The position numbers and the translations under genes are program-made. A stretch of DNA of 64,000 nt from Blastocystis sp. subtype 4 (lineage: Eukaryota): contig NW_014569503.1 of the NCBI RefSeq assembly GCF_000743755.1, positions 1 through 64,000 on the forward strand. The letters run 5' to 3'. Position 1 is the stretch's first letter. Each line of letters opens with the position of its first letter. Shown piece by piece: positions 1-11,909 of this stretch. The notes beneath the pieces are model-generated. The model worked only from the letters and a program-made list of their open reading frames with translations. It searched no databases and was not told the origin of the DNA.

Positions 1-96
1 CCTGCTGCTGAGGAGAAGAAGGAAGAGGAAGAAGAGGAAGAGGACATTGATATGTCTGGAGGTGGTCTCTTCGGAGATGATGACGATGACTGGTAA
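1..96 (+). CDS. 3' end of 60S acidic ribosomal stalk protein (P0/P1/P2 family), partial
   Basis: Reads PAAEEKKEEEEEEEDIDMSGGGLFGDDDDDW*, the acidic hinge plus (M)xxGLF C-terminus of P-proteins; TGTTTGTT at 118-125. Confidence 0.9.
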   Translation, partial: PAAEEKKEEEEEEEDIDMSGGGLFGDDDDDW

Positions 97-151
97 ACTT
101 GATCTAGTCAGATAGGATGTTTGTTTTCCCTCCAAACGATGTTTTGTGTAG

Positions 152-927
152 ATGGATTTGTCTGCTTCTATGCTTTGTCTGGATGATTCAGTATCTCCCG
201 ACAAGACTGTTTCAATGTTACTAGATGTGTATTCAGGATGGAGAGATCAAGGGAGGGAAATGTCTCCCGAATTACTAACATCGATATTTCAAGAAGTAAG
301 TCTCAACAAGACTCCAAAAAAGGAGATCCCTGTTAATGATGATTGCGAAGTGGTCCTTTCGGACTTTTCTACACTTCTGAAAGTTGTCCAACAGATGGAA
401 GATACAGTCCAAGAACTCCGATTTGCAAATCAAGCCCTGCAGAAAGAGTTGGAGGCTCAGAATCAACAGGTCGCAACGATCCAACACAGTACTGGATAGA
501 AATGGATTGAATGAGTAGAATTGGATGCAACAGAAACGCAAAATCGTGCTCTCCTACAACGATTGCAGGGAATGGTGGATGATAAAGCAGAATTAGTGAA
601 AGTAGTCAACGAAAATGCATCACTGAAATCTCAGTAGTGGATTTGAATGGATATCACGTAGAGGAGCGAAGCAGCAAGCTCTAATTACTTCCTTGCAAGA
701 AACGCACGAATCTGAACAGAAGTACATCGTAGAGGCTATGGAGTGATTTAATGTATAGCAGTTCTTTCAACAAGAATCTGCTCGTGCAATTCGTTCGTAT
801 TTGGAGTGTGTGGTAATTTATAGAAGCAATCAAAGAGGACATGCAGACCACTCAGCGTCAAGCATTTTCGCTGATCAACCAATTACGAGAAGAACTACTT
901 GAAGCCCGTCGTTGTGGGATGTGGTGA
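152..927 (+). CDS. Hypothetical coiled-coil protein
   Basis: Four 28-31-nt GT-AG introns give one open frame ending ...EARRCGMW*; heptad-like composition. Confidence 0.6.
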
Positions 928-963
928 GTTTGTTTCAACAACCAAGAGAATAAATCGATTCAC

Positions 964-1406
964 TTACGGATTATCAACCTTTGGGCCCTCCCAAATTCTG
1001 TACTCTAGTACCATCACTCCAAAACCAATGAATGTACGATAGTAGTCCTCAATCAAGGACAATTCATCCTTAGCCTGCTGCACAAGCTCCTCCACCTGTC
1101 CACAACCAATTAGCTTCTCAATTGTCTTAATCTAGCACTTATTTCAACCAAACGAACCTACATCCTCATTCTGCTGGACAATGTTCTTTCTGTATTTTGT
1201 GAATGCTTCTACATTCTTTCTATACTCAGTATTGGCTGGGATCTTCTATCACCTTAGCTAATGAACGAACTTGCTCCTACCTTAACATTTTCAAGAGTTT
1301 GATCATACAGGTCCGTCAAAACAGATCTGGCGTTATGAATTACAGGGAGTCCGACGATACCTGTTGTTCTCTTAAAAGTAGCAAGAAGCGCTCTGGTTGC
1401 AAACAT
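964..1406 (-). CDS. NDUFA5: NADH dehydrogenase (complex I) 1 alpha subcomplex subunit 5
   Basis: Spliced: MFATRALLATFKRTTGIVGLPVIHNARSVL...IEKLIGCGQVEELVQQAKDELSLI...WEGPKVDNP*; TTGIVGL and CGQVEEL motifs. Confidence 0.9.
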
Positions 1407-1565
1407 TCTACACATCCATCAGATGAGAGAGCTTATTTCACACACATCCATACCTTCAATACTAGTTTAACACCCTTGTTTAATGAAATCAGAAGGATTG
1501 GAGAATGACAGAAATAGGAGCTATTATGCTCTGTGACAAGAAACAAGCTTATTTCAACACACAAA

Positions 1566-3020
1566 TCACACATCCGCTTGTTCATAACTATCTAAAAAGT
1601 GCTGGGCATCGTCGACAATATCCATGGTTGGAATATGCCGAAGAGAGTGTTCATAGAATTCAACACTCTTTAAGGTTTCGCAGATTGCATTCACAAGGTC
1701 ATAATTTCCCGATACTACTTCAGATTGGGCCTTACTTCTTAATCCACGAGCTAAGTCTTCAAATTGAGAAAGAAGAGTCTATTTCTTAGAAGAAACCGTT
1801 AGTAATGACATTCACAGATACATTTTGAGTCTCTATCTTTTCTTTTCGTTCTGCTTCCACTTCATCTCGCACAGGATCAAAATATGGATGTTTCATACAC
1901 TCTTGTGCAGTATAACGTTCCTTTCCATTACAACTTCAACACATTTTTACACCATGGTCATACATTAGAAGATTGTCCAACAGATCAAACAATTCTGTGC
2001 AAATCAAGTTCTGGTTCCCAGAAGCAACAAATTCAGACCAGTCTCTTCTTCGACAAGTGCCAATTGTTGATAGAACAATCGGATCTACATTGAGCTGGTA
2101 TTTCTTAATGTATTCATGCAACTTATCTGTTCCCAATACCTCTGCAATTCTGAGGAGTTGTTCCATATTATCATGAGCTCTGAAAAAAGGTAGACGATTG
2201 AAAACAATTCCAGCAACCATACATCCAAAGGACCACATGTCAACAGAATAGTCATATAGCTAAAGTGCTATCAGAATAGAAAGAAATACCTCATAGTTTG
2301 TTAGCAATTCCGGACCCTTGTAATTCCTTGTACTTACACGAACGTTCATTGGTTTATCTATCCATCAATGATGAAGGAAATGTCTACTGGGTTCATAGAA
2401 GTCAGCAAGACCCCAATCAATGATGAACACATCTCGTGTTTTGTAATCCACTAAGACATTCTGAGGTTTGATATCGCGATGAATAATTCCACAACTGTGA
2501 GTATAGTCCAGACCGATCAACATCTTATACAAATAGTATCGGAACTCATGATCAGTAAGACTGGAGTAAAACTCCTAGAATGAAAAGAATAACCAAATAT
2601 CACTCGATAAGGAAGAGTACTAATCCACTTTGTAACAATGTTTGGTGAACCCGATTCCTCATCCCTTACCATATCAAGAATAGGTAAGATATATGGGCCA
2701 TTCTTGAGGATTTGCATCACCTTGATCTCTCTGTACATAAGAATATCATCTTGATACTTCTACCTCCTAATCTTTTTTCTGCGTATTGGCTTTAAATGCT
2801 TAATACTCACGTAATCACCAGTAACTTTATCATATGCCTTAAAAACTTCACTGAATTTACCTCGGCCGACTGAAGATATTAATTCGTATCGATCCGGAGA
2901 ACTACAAACTCAATCACATGAATGGACTTCCCACTTCCACTGAATATTCATATGTTCATAATCACAGTAATCAGATGGTTTTGTTGAAATGACATCTGCA
3001 TATACTCGAGATCGATTCAT
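1566..3020 (-). CDS. CSNK2A: Casein kinase II alpha-like catalytic subunit with C-terminal extension
   Basis: MNRSRVYADV...GRGKFSEVF...HRDIKPQNV...IDWGLADFY...KGPELL...DMWSFGC...HPYFDPV; the 3' extension exons are less certain. Confidence 0.88.
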
Positions 3021-3052
3021 TCAAGAATAAATAATGAAACAAACAACGATTA

Positions 3053-3559
3053 TTAGACTTCATCTTCACGAAGGAGCATATTTGGAATACCTTGTTCAAT
3101 GGTGTACTCTCTTCCACAGTGGCGACAAACGAGTTTTCCACGTATTACTTCCAACTCAAATAATGCGTGGTGAATATTCTTGAGGACATCATCCGTCAAG
3201 TCGGCAGGTTGAACATCTGGAACTGTATAACCAATCTACATTTCGTTGTCATTTCAGAAACCTACATCAGCAGCCCCACTACGGAAAGCCTGCCAATCCA
3301 GTTTATTCAACAAATTAAGGATAAATTCCCTATTAAAATCATCTTCTCGTTCCGAAAGCCCTCCTTCTTCAACGACAATCTGGGATCTCACGAATAACAG
3401 CAACAGCTACTTGTAATGGAAAGTTCATTTTCTTTTCGGTGTCAGGAACACCTTCATTATCTTTTGTCACGGTCGCCACACACTTCTAGATAATCACACT
3501 CTCTCTCAGTTTCCCACAGCCACATTACAGATTAGAAGATTATGTGTCAGAAGCCTCAT
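3053..3559 (-). CDS. TRM112: Methyltransferase activator Trm112
   Basis: MRLLTHNLLICNV...IHHALFELEVIRGKLVCRHCGREYTIEQGIPNMLLREDEV*. Confidence 0.93.
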
Positions 3560-3691
3560 TTGTTGTCTCGACTTTTTGATCGATTCTCTAATGATGCATT
3601 CCCGCGGGATGATTGAAACTCAACAAGCAAGATGTCAACAAGGCTACAGAATAGATCGAATTAACAAACATCGGAAAACATAAATGAATGG

Positions 3692-3989
3692 TTATTCGGC
3701 CTTTCCCTCTTCCAGAGCTTGGATCTCTTGGAAACGAGCGAAAATTCGATTCGTGGCATCAATATATTTCTCTGTACAAGTAGTAATGCAATCCACTTCA
3801 CTGGAATCGAGTTTCTTTGAACGGAAAGTCTTCACACAAGAAATAAAACAATTCTGCACCACTTGGTTTGACGTTCTATACATAAGATTGAGGAAATCAA
3901 CAATACGTTGCAGCTTGTTCTACCTCAACTAACTGCATTCTCTTTTCGATCATGGCTGCATCTGCAGCAGAAAGATCAGGGTTATTCAT
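3692..3989 (-). CDS. TIM9: Small TIM intermembrane-space chaperone (Tim9-like)
   Basis: Twin CX3C (CFISC...CITTC) with KYIDATNRIFARFQE; one 31-nt intron joins MNNPDLSAADAAMIEKRMQ. Confidence 0.8.
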
Positions 3990-4132
3990 CTTTTTGGTTA
4001 CAGAAGAGTATAGACTTGTTCTTAGTAGATGACAAAAGAAGTGCCGATTTTAGGTTCGATGTATGAATGACGTTTTCGTCATATGTGAAAGAATACACCA
4101 ATTTAACTCATTGGACAAATAAACACGTTTCA

Positions 4133-5222
4133 CTAAATGATTACCCGAGCTCCGAATCCAATTTGAGTTTTATCTACAAAGAGGTTATGATTCAGACCAA
4201 AGGTTAGAAGCATTTCTGGTGTCACGAACTCTTCCTACATATCACCTTTAGGAGAGCATTTCTTACTACATACGACTGGAAGAGGCCTGATGTAGTAATG
4301 GCCATTCGCAACTGTCCCTTGCGAATCGAGTGCTGACATCCCACTTGAAGATCGCTTTTGCGGCTGCAGAAATCCATCACCAATTTTGAGATAAGTTGGG
4401 TGTGCTTTGAGGCAGAATAACTAACGAATGCAGCCAATTGCTTATCCGATGTTACTACACATCCCAATTGACCTTGATTCATTTTGTATTTCATTTCAGC
4501 ACATAATTTGATGGAAGAATTTATGATATTGTAGGAGGCATTAACTCCCATTTTGAGACCTTTTGAAACAACTCCTAAACAAGATACAGAGATACTTGAG
4601 TTCGAGCAAATACTGGACATCATATTCCAAGACTACAACTCATGTTAGCAGTACAATTCTACAGTTCCAACATATTTGACTCCAGCACAGAGGTAGTCAT
4701 GGTCTACAGTCCTCGAAGTCTAGAGATAAGGGAAAGAATCAACATGGACAAGAAATGTAGCAATACCTTCCCAATCCTTAGAAAATGGCCATATGATTTT
4801 TCCACCAATCCGTCCAGTCGAATCAGCTGTAGCATTGAAGAAACGCTACGAATGAATCGCCATCTCCGTCCTTACATGTTTATGATACAAATTGAGATTC
4901 AGAAAATAGGCAGAACGAGATTCGTATTGAGGTCCGAGGATGAGTCTAGGGGTAATCCGGATGCAAACAAGCCAACGAATGATTCACATTGAATGTTGGA
5001 GTAATTTCTTTATGGATATCCACTCGGAGACCAAGAAGATCATCAAAGGTGAGAATACGTTGTACATCATCAAAGAGATTGTCATAGCATTCAACAAGAG
5101 TCTCCTTCTTCCGTTTCCGAATCGGTTTATATCGAGATGTCTACTGCATCACTCGTTTAGATAGATACTACATCAATCTTCAATTTCCTTTTATCCACAG
5201 AGAGTGGATTTCTTAGTCGCAT
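4133..5222 (-). CDS. TOM40: Mitochondrial outer-membrane beta-barrel Tom40 (divergent)
   Basis: YDNLFDDVQRILTFDDLLGLRVDIHKEITPTFQ near the N-terminus, alternating beta-strand pattern, C-terminal beta-signal-like TQIGFGARVII*. Confidence 0.72.
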
Positions 5223-5326
5223 CCTTCTGAAAGTCGTTAGAAGGAAATCTTGTTATTCAAAGAAAACTAGCCTAACCGAATGCAGCGGGAATTCGCCATT
5301 CTTGACGAATCTGTATATATAAACGA

Positions 5327-6149
5327 ATGACAGATGTATACTTCTGTAGATACTGTCGGTAATTGTCACTATGAGGGATCAGATTTGTAGACGATTTGTT
5401 GCAGTCAGTGAATTGGATCATACACTCCAGTGTGTCGAAGTAACTGTTGCAATTCTTCTATGATATAGTGTGGAGGTGAGGAGATCCAGGTGAAGAATTC
5501 AGATGATGTGATTGATTTTGATATTGTTATGTATGCAAACCGGAATCCTGTTATATAGAACAAATGAAGATGGTTCTCAACGGATTGATATTGATAATGG
5601 ATCAGTTTTCATAACGATCACTCAAGAAGGTGGAATTCAGTTTCAGTTGACACGTTCATCAGTACCTCTCTATGGGCAGAGTTATGAGTAGTCGATTCTT
5701 CTTCGCATTGTCAGTCTCCTTTTCAGACAGTATTGTTTACTCTTCTTTTTTATCTAGTTTCTTTACGAATGCCAGAGTTAATCTCGATGGATCACTGGAA
5801 GAAGGAGTTGACATGACAAGTATCTTTTCCAATCGAGTGATTGATGCTCTACGCTCTATTCATGTATTGATTCTTCTTTTCAATGATTATGCATAGTTTT
5901 CTAGCGAGAATCCACGACGTACTGACATGATCAATTCACTCGAAACAAGAGCTCCAAAGCCCGAAGAACTATCCGAAACATGCTCTATATGTCTCCGAGA
6001 CTATGACCAGGAAGAGGAAATAGCCCAACTCCCATGCAATCATATCTTCCACAAAGAATGTATTATACAATGGATCAACATGGTAATTACTTGGAAATAA
6101 ACTTAGTTTCAGGATCACACATGTCCCTTATGTAGATGTGATATTGATT
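5327..6149 (+). CDS. RING-H2 E3 ubiquitin ligase with N-terminal zinc-ribbon-like motif; stop predicted to be made by polyadenylation
   Basis: MTDVYFCRYCR... and CSICLRDY..LPCNHIFHKECIIQWI..HTCPLCRCDID; no nearby in-frame stop; T6149 is 5 nt before TGTTTCTA. Confidence 0.8.
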
Positions 6150-6175
6150 CCTTTGTTTCTAGTCAAACATATGCG

Positions 6176-7283
6176 TTACATAATATTTTTCAAACCCGAA
6201 AGCAGAAGCAAACCAACCAGTACCCACTGGATCTTCTTTGCAGGCATTTTTCCTGCAACACGGCTTCCCACATATCCGCCAATGATCGATCCAGCACAAA
6301 TGGGAACAGCAGAACTAACAATCAAATTACCGGCTTTATAACTCATCGAAGCAGAGATACTCGTCGGAATGATCATAGAAGCCTACATTTCACACTCATC
6401 CAATAGACCAAACAAGAGAAGTACCCATAATCTTCTTCTGTACCATTTGAGTAAAAAGACATAAACTAGGAGAAACAATAATACCTCCTCCAACACCAAA
6501 GAAACCACTCATTGTTCCTGCAATCAAACCAAGAGAAAGAAGTAAGGGACAATGCTCAACAGCCTCGGATTGCTTCATAGCTTCCATAGAGAGACAGTCA
6601 CGATAGCCCAACTTCAGATTCTCCGCTTCAAGATCATCACATACAACCTGGGCCTTTTCCATAGCTTCTTCCTCTTTTCGCTTCTGCATGATGTAGTTCT
6701 TCAGAGGGATCAATGGGGCCACCAACAAGCAAAGATAGGCATAGTATCTCTTTAATGACTTGGAATCAAAGTTATGAGACCAACGAGAACCATAACGAGC
6801 CATAACCATCGATGTTGCGGTAATAGCAATAGCTGCAGGAACATCCACTAATCCTTGAGAGATGTAGGTACACGTTCCTGAAATAGCATTAACACAAATA
6901 GATGCCAAACTGCAGGATGCCGCCTGATGTTGTGTCATTCCACCAAACGTCGTCAAGAGCGGAATGATGATAAAACCACCTCCTAAACCAGCCATCGAAC
7001 CGAGAGCAGAAGCTACAAGTCCAACAGTAAATCCAGCAGCGATAGACCGTACTTTGGAAGCACCTTGCTTTGATACAGCTGCCTGTGTTTCCTTTGGAGC
7101 TTCCACCACTTTTTTTGCCTCTTCATTCACGTTAGAGAAGGATCGAATCAAGATAGGTGCGGACTGGAAACGAAACGACTTAGCCGCAGCAGAAGGGTGG
7201 AGGTTGCTGCCTAGAAAGATCGGATTATGTTGAACTCCTCGTAGGACCCAACGAACCTTCGACGCGAACATGATTCTGAGCAT
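6176..7283 (-). CDS. Sulfite exporter TauE/SafE family membrane protein with putative mitochondrial presequence
   Basis: Two GxxGxGGGxI motifs (GSMAGLGGGFIIIP, SGFFGVGGGIIVSP); Arg/Ser-rich acid-free N-terminus ending RSFS; one 31-nt intron; start at 7283 or 7271. Confidence 0.85.
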
Positions 7284-7343
7284 TCCCGAAAGAAATATTC
7301 CCGTTTCTCTAGCAACAAACAAAATAACATTCAATATTAGTAC

Positions 7344-9114
7344 TCACGCTTGCTTCTCACCTTCAGTAATACCCATTGGCTTCATTTCCTCTGAGATAGT
7401 ATTCACAACCACATTTCCTTCATCCTCGGACTCCTAACCATTACCATCTCTATCTATTCTCACAATCAATTTGTCCTGAGGCAATCCATATTCCTCATCC
7501 TCCTGTACATCTGTAGCCAACTCGTTATGATAAGCATAAGCAGCCGAGTTTTCAGAAGGTTTCCACATAATCATCAGGCACAAGAAGAGAATGAAATAAT
7601 AGATAGACCAGATACCTTCATTCATACTAGAAGTCAGATCCTTTTGATATACCTACAACCACTGATATTGCCAAATAGGCTTGTTGTTAGCATGATTCAC
7701 GATGTAACTGAAACCAATCAATGTTACTGTGGAAATGAGAACACTCAAAAGTAGAAGAGCATAGAGACGCTTAAATACAGCCAATTTGGCGTTCTGTTTG
7801 TTTTGCTTCAAATCATCCATTGTGTTCATCAGACTCTGGAATACCCAGAAATAGACCAACGAATCCATTCTAGAGATAACTTCATAAGGTAACAAGAATA
7901 CCCTGCCGTAATGTAGATACGAGCCTTAGAGAGAGTTGAGTCCGTCTGAGGCTGAGTACTCATCAGAGAATCCCAGAGATTCACACAGAAATAAAGAATA
8001 GCAAAAACAATCAGTTTCAGAGTTGTATCACTGATACTCGCTCGACTAATTCCCAATCTATATGAGAAGTGGAAACGAGGAAACTTACCCCATACAAACA
8101 AGAATAGTCAAAATGCGAGTAAGAGTACGTGTGCATACATCCACAGCAATAGAAAGATATTGAAGCACATCAAAACCAGAGGAGTTGTAAATCCAAAGAT
8201 GCAGAATCTTGATGAAGTAGTTAATGACAAAAGAGACTAACACCACCTACAAATCAGTTTAACTATGTTATTCAACCAAAATAATGATATGCACACTCAT
8301 AATCTCTTTGGAGTATTGAATACATAGCATTCCCCAAATAATCAAAACAACTACATAAATAATAGTCATGTAAGAATAGAAGGGAAGACTGCTGTACATG
8401 GTAGCAGGCAAATGTCCATATGGATTCTCTGCTGTCATTTCACCATCAAGAGTGATCTTATTCAAAACTGAAGAATCACAGCTATAATGAAATAAAAACT
8501 AAAAGACATACACAGCTACCACGGCATAGAACATTCCGGTGTAACCAACATCGTAAAAATCACCGAATTCAATTGTTTTGGATAGATTGTGATATGAAGC
8601 ATGAAGTTGACGAGAATAGGCCTCTGGCACGTACAAAGTGTTCGGCTTACTGCAAAGACCATTCTATATTCATACAAAAGAAATAACGACTACAGCACGT
8701 CCATATTCATCACAACAAGCAACACGCTGTCCTGTACTATTCACATAGCCCAGATGATTAAAGGCATCATCTGTCATAAAAGCAGTCTACAAATCAATAC
8801 AGAACAATCAGAACCACAATCACGGTTCCTTCCATAACATTCGGGTTGCCAATAGGAGAGGAATGTACTTTAAGAGAAATTCTGGACTTTGAATCCTTTC
8901 TATTACCATTATCAACGTCACACAACAACTAACGAAGTTTTCGGCGAGCTTTCCATGCCATACATATATACAGCACGGTAGATAACCATTCGATCCCTTA
9001 TTTCATACGGACCGTATTTAGCATGGAAGCATGTAACAACAAATGGAAGAAATGCAAGAACCTATAGGATAAGCGCTTCTTAAAATACTCCACAAGTAGA
9101 GCAAAGCCTTTCAT
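7344..9114 (-). CDS. GOST / lung seven-transmembrane receptor family protein (TMEM87/GPR107-like)
   Basis: Signal peptide, NPYGHLPA motif, seven hydrophobic segments, MWKPSENSAAYAY tail motif. Confidence 0.88.
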
Positions 9115-9403
9115 CCTGGAGGCAAAGTATGAAAGAACATGGTGAGAAAGAATGAATGGCCCTAATCTATACCTTAGATTGAAAAGAAATTAGGTCCTTC
9201 TTTTCCATAATCATTATCTATTGTATTTCTACATATTGACACAGTTTAATTTATGAAACATAAATAACTATACTTCGAAATCCGAATACAATAGGGTCAG
9301 CGATTGACGGAGAAAGAGGATTCAGAATTCGTTGAACAGGGTTCAGAATCTGGTCAAGATCACCGGTACAATCAATGTGTACTCTTTCATTGCATCTTTG
9401 TCT

Positions 9404-11689
9404 ATGGGACTTGATTTGTTATTCTTATTGATTCTTCTTCTTTGTGTTCAGGGTGTCCCAAAAAAGTGCCAATCTACTAGAATTTCACTGATTAATCTAG
9501 TTATGCCAAGTTGGGCAGAGTGTCCTCATTTCGCTTTGTTTCAGATGTCAGTACACGGAATATCCGGATACAAAACAAATGTCAAACTGATGTCCTGTTG
9601 AACTGGAAGAAACAGGGGCAGTCAAGTTGTTTCTCAACTCCTGTAGTATTATCAGTCCATCAAGATGGAGTAAGCGATGTATTTTTCCCAATTGGTCGAT
9701 TACCAGTAGATCCTCATAAATGGATTCTGGAGATTCGCCAACGTTATATCACCTAATGGGATGTCCTATGATGGGTGGCCATGGGATTTTGAAGACAATC
9801 GTTTCTATGGAAGTCCAGTTGTCCATGACAGGAATGGAGACGGACTGGAAGAGATTGTGTCAATTGATGACAATGGTGTTCTTCGTGTTCTACAAGTAGT
9901 CATCTTTGGAGTGTTTTCCTGTAGTTGAATGATCATCATATTGTGGAATCCGTTTCTACCTTTGCTCTTCCTCCTATCCATATCAACCGGTATTGGTTTG
10001 AGACGGTATCGGAAGTGACAAGACTTCAAGATATTGAACGTATCACAGCCATTCCCGGTATTTCCAGAATCACTGTAAATGAGAGTGACAGCAGTTTGTA
10101 TGAGAGGAAAGTAAGCTCGAGCTAGAAGAATGATCGATAGCAACAGACAGCAAAACTGTATCATCGTGATGATACAACCCATGTAGTACTGGATCCACAT
10201 GTTCTCACAAGTGCAGGAAGGTATTACAGGGCATCCTCTTCGGATCTGTTCCTGATGATCCCGGTATCATATTATCTTTCGTCCAATGACTACCGAAATG
10301 GTATTTCGGGACTTGTGATGGATAAGTATCTGGCTTGTGGAATTGTCTCTATAAACCTAGCAGACATGACTATTGAATGGTTGAAACTCTTTGTAAGAGA
10401 GACATAAGGGTGTGAAGTGTAGGGAGTGAGTACAGTGACATCATCGCTCAAAGCCTATATCTATAGTACTCCGGTGACTGTAGATATTGAAGGAATGGGA
10501 TTTCTGACAACAGTATTTGGTACTTCACAGGGTTTATTGTATGCCGTAAATGAGAAAGGAATTCCAAAGAAAGGATTTCCTGTTTCTTTTGCAGAGATTC
10601 AGATGTCACCTGTTTGTGCAGATATTGCAAAAGACTCATATTTGGAGATTATCGTGGGTGATAAAAACGGCGTTTTGGCTGTATTGGATTATCAAGGAGA
10701 AGACATCTGGTCACGTTCACTTTCAGGTCCCTTATCTCAGAGTGTAACGATAGGTGACATTGATGGAGATGGAACTCTGGATGTGGTGGCTGTCACGGAT
10801 AATGGCGACATTTGGGTGTTGGATGGTGAGACAGGAAAAGACGTGAAACGATTCCCAATTCGAACGGGAGGAGTAGTGAAATCATCTCCTCTTCTTGTTG
10901 ACCTGTCGAAGGTATTTATTGGAAAATGCAATCAGTCATAGGAAGGAAATGGAATTCATATCGTTGTTACGATTGGGGATGGCGATCTGTTGATTGTGGA
11001 TGGTCGAACGTACATTCAAACGGTTTTATGAAGTGTAGAGGATGTATACGACGCGTTGATATAAGCGAAGAGGTCTATGCCAAAGTCATTGCCATGAAAA
11101 CTCCTGATGCCTCTCTTATGAGTCTTGTAGTGTCAACAATGAATGGAAATATTCTCCAATTCTCAACCAGTGGATCCTGGTCCACAATGAATGCTTCTCC
11201 CAATCTTGGGAATCTGGAAGCTGTCTATTCTCCTCATCATCTCTCGTTCTTTTATGGATCTGGAACGTAGTATTTGATTCGCCAACTTATGACTAGAGAA
11301 CAATGGTGGGATGTGATGGGTGATCATATTTCATTGCCAATTACCATTATCGATCAGAGAAAGAATCAGTATGATGCCCAGTACTTAATTCGTGTAATTC
11401 GAAAAGGAAATGTTCTAGTTTCCAAAGTATACTTTCGTATCTGGATCAATACTAGACATTTTCTGAACCGGGAGAATATGTTCTAGAGTTTGAGAATAAA
11501 GAAATGGGATACTACAATCTAGTTGTTCTGTTGATGACGGAGCATAGTCAGACGATTCAATTGGATGTTAGTATTCATTCCAATATTGAAGTGCTTCATT
11601 TTGTTAAGTATTTAGTTCTTGTACCGTTTTTAATTCTCTCTGCTCTGTTACTTCTTTCGTCAAATCTTGGTACACCTTTGCCTCTTTAG
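9404..11689 (+). CDS. FG-GAP repeat membrane protein (plant DEX1-like)
   Basis: Signal peptide; FG-GAP loops (HDRNGDGLEEIV, GDIDGDGTLDVV), GWP/GFP motifs, LDPHVL, C-terminal TM helix ending PLPL*. Confidence 0.8.
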
Positions 11690-11909
11690 TCACTTTTGGG
11701 TTGTTTGTTGAAGTGTAACTATTACGCCATATTCGGCATGAAGACACTCCGAATTTAGGAAGACGAATCACACAAATACTGTGTCAAAATCGGAGTGATT
11801 TTGGTTTAGAAGTGTTCATCTTCAAATCCAGCTAGCCACAGCAATTAATATTATTCAAAAGTTTGTACTCTTTTTGTCCTTGAATCTGAACTAATCGGAT
11901 GTGTAGAAA

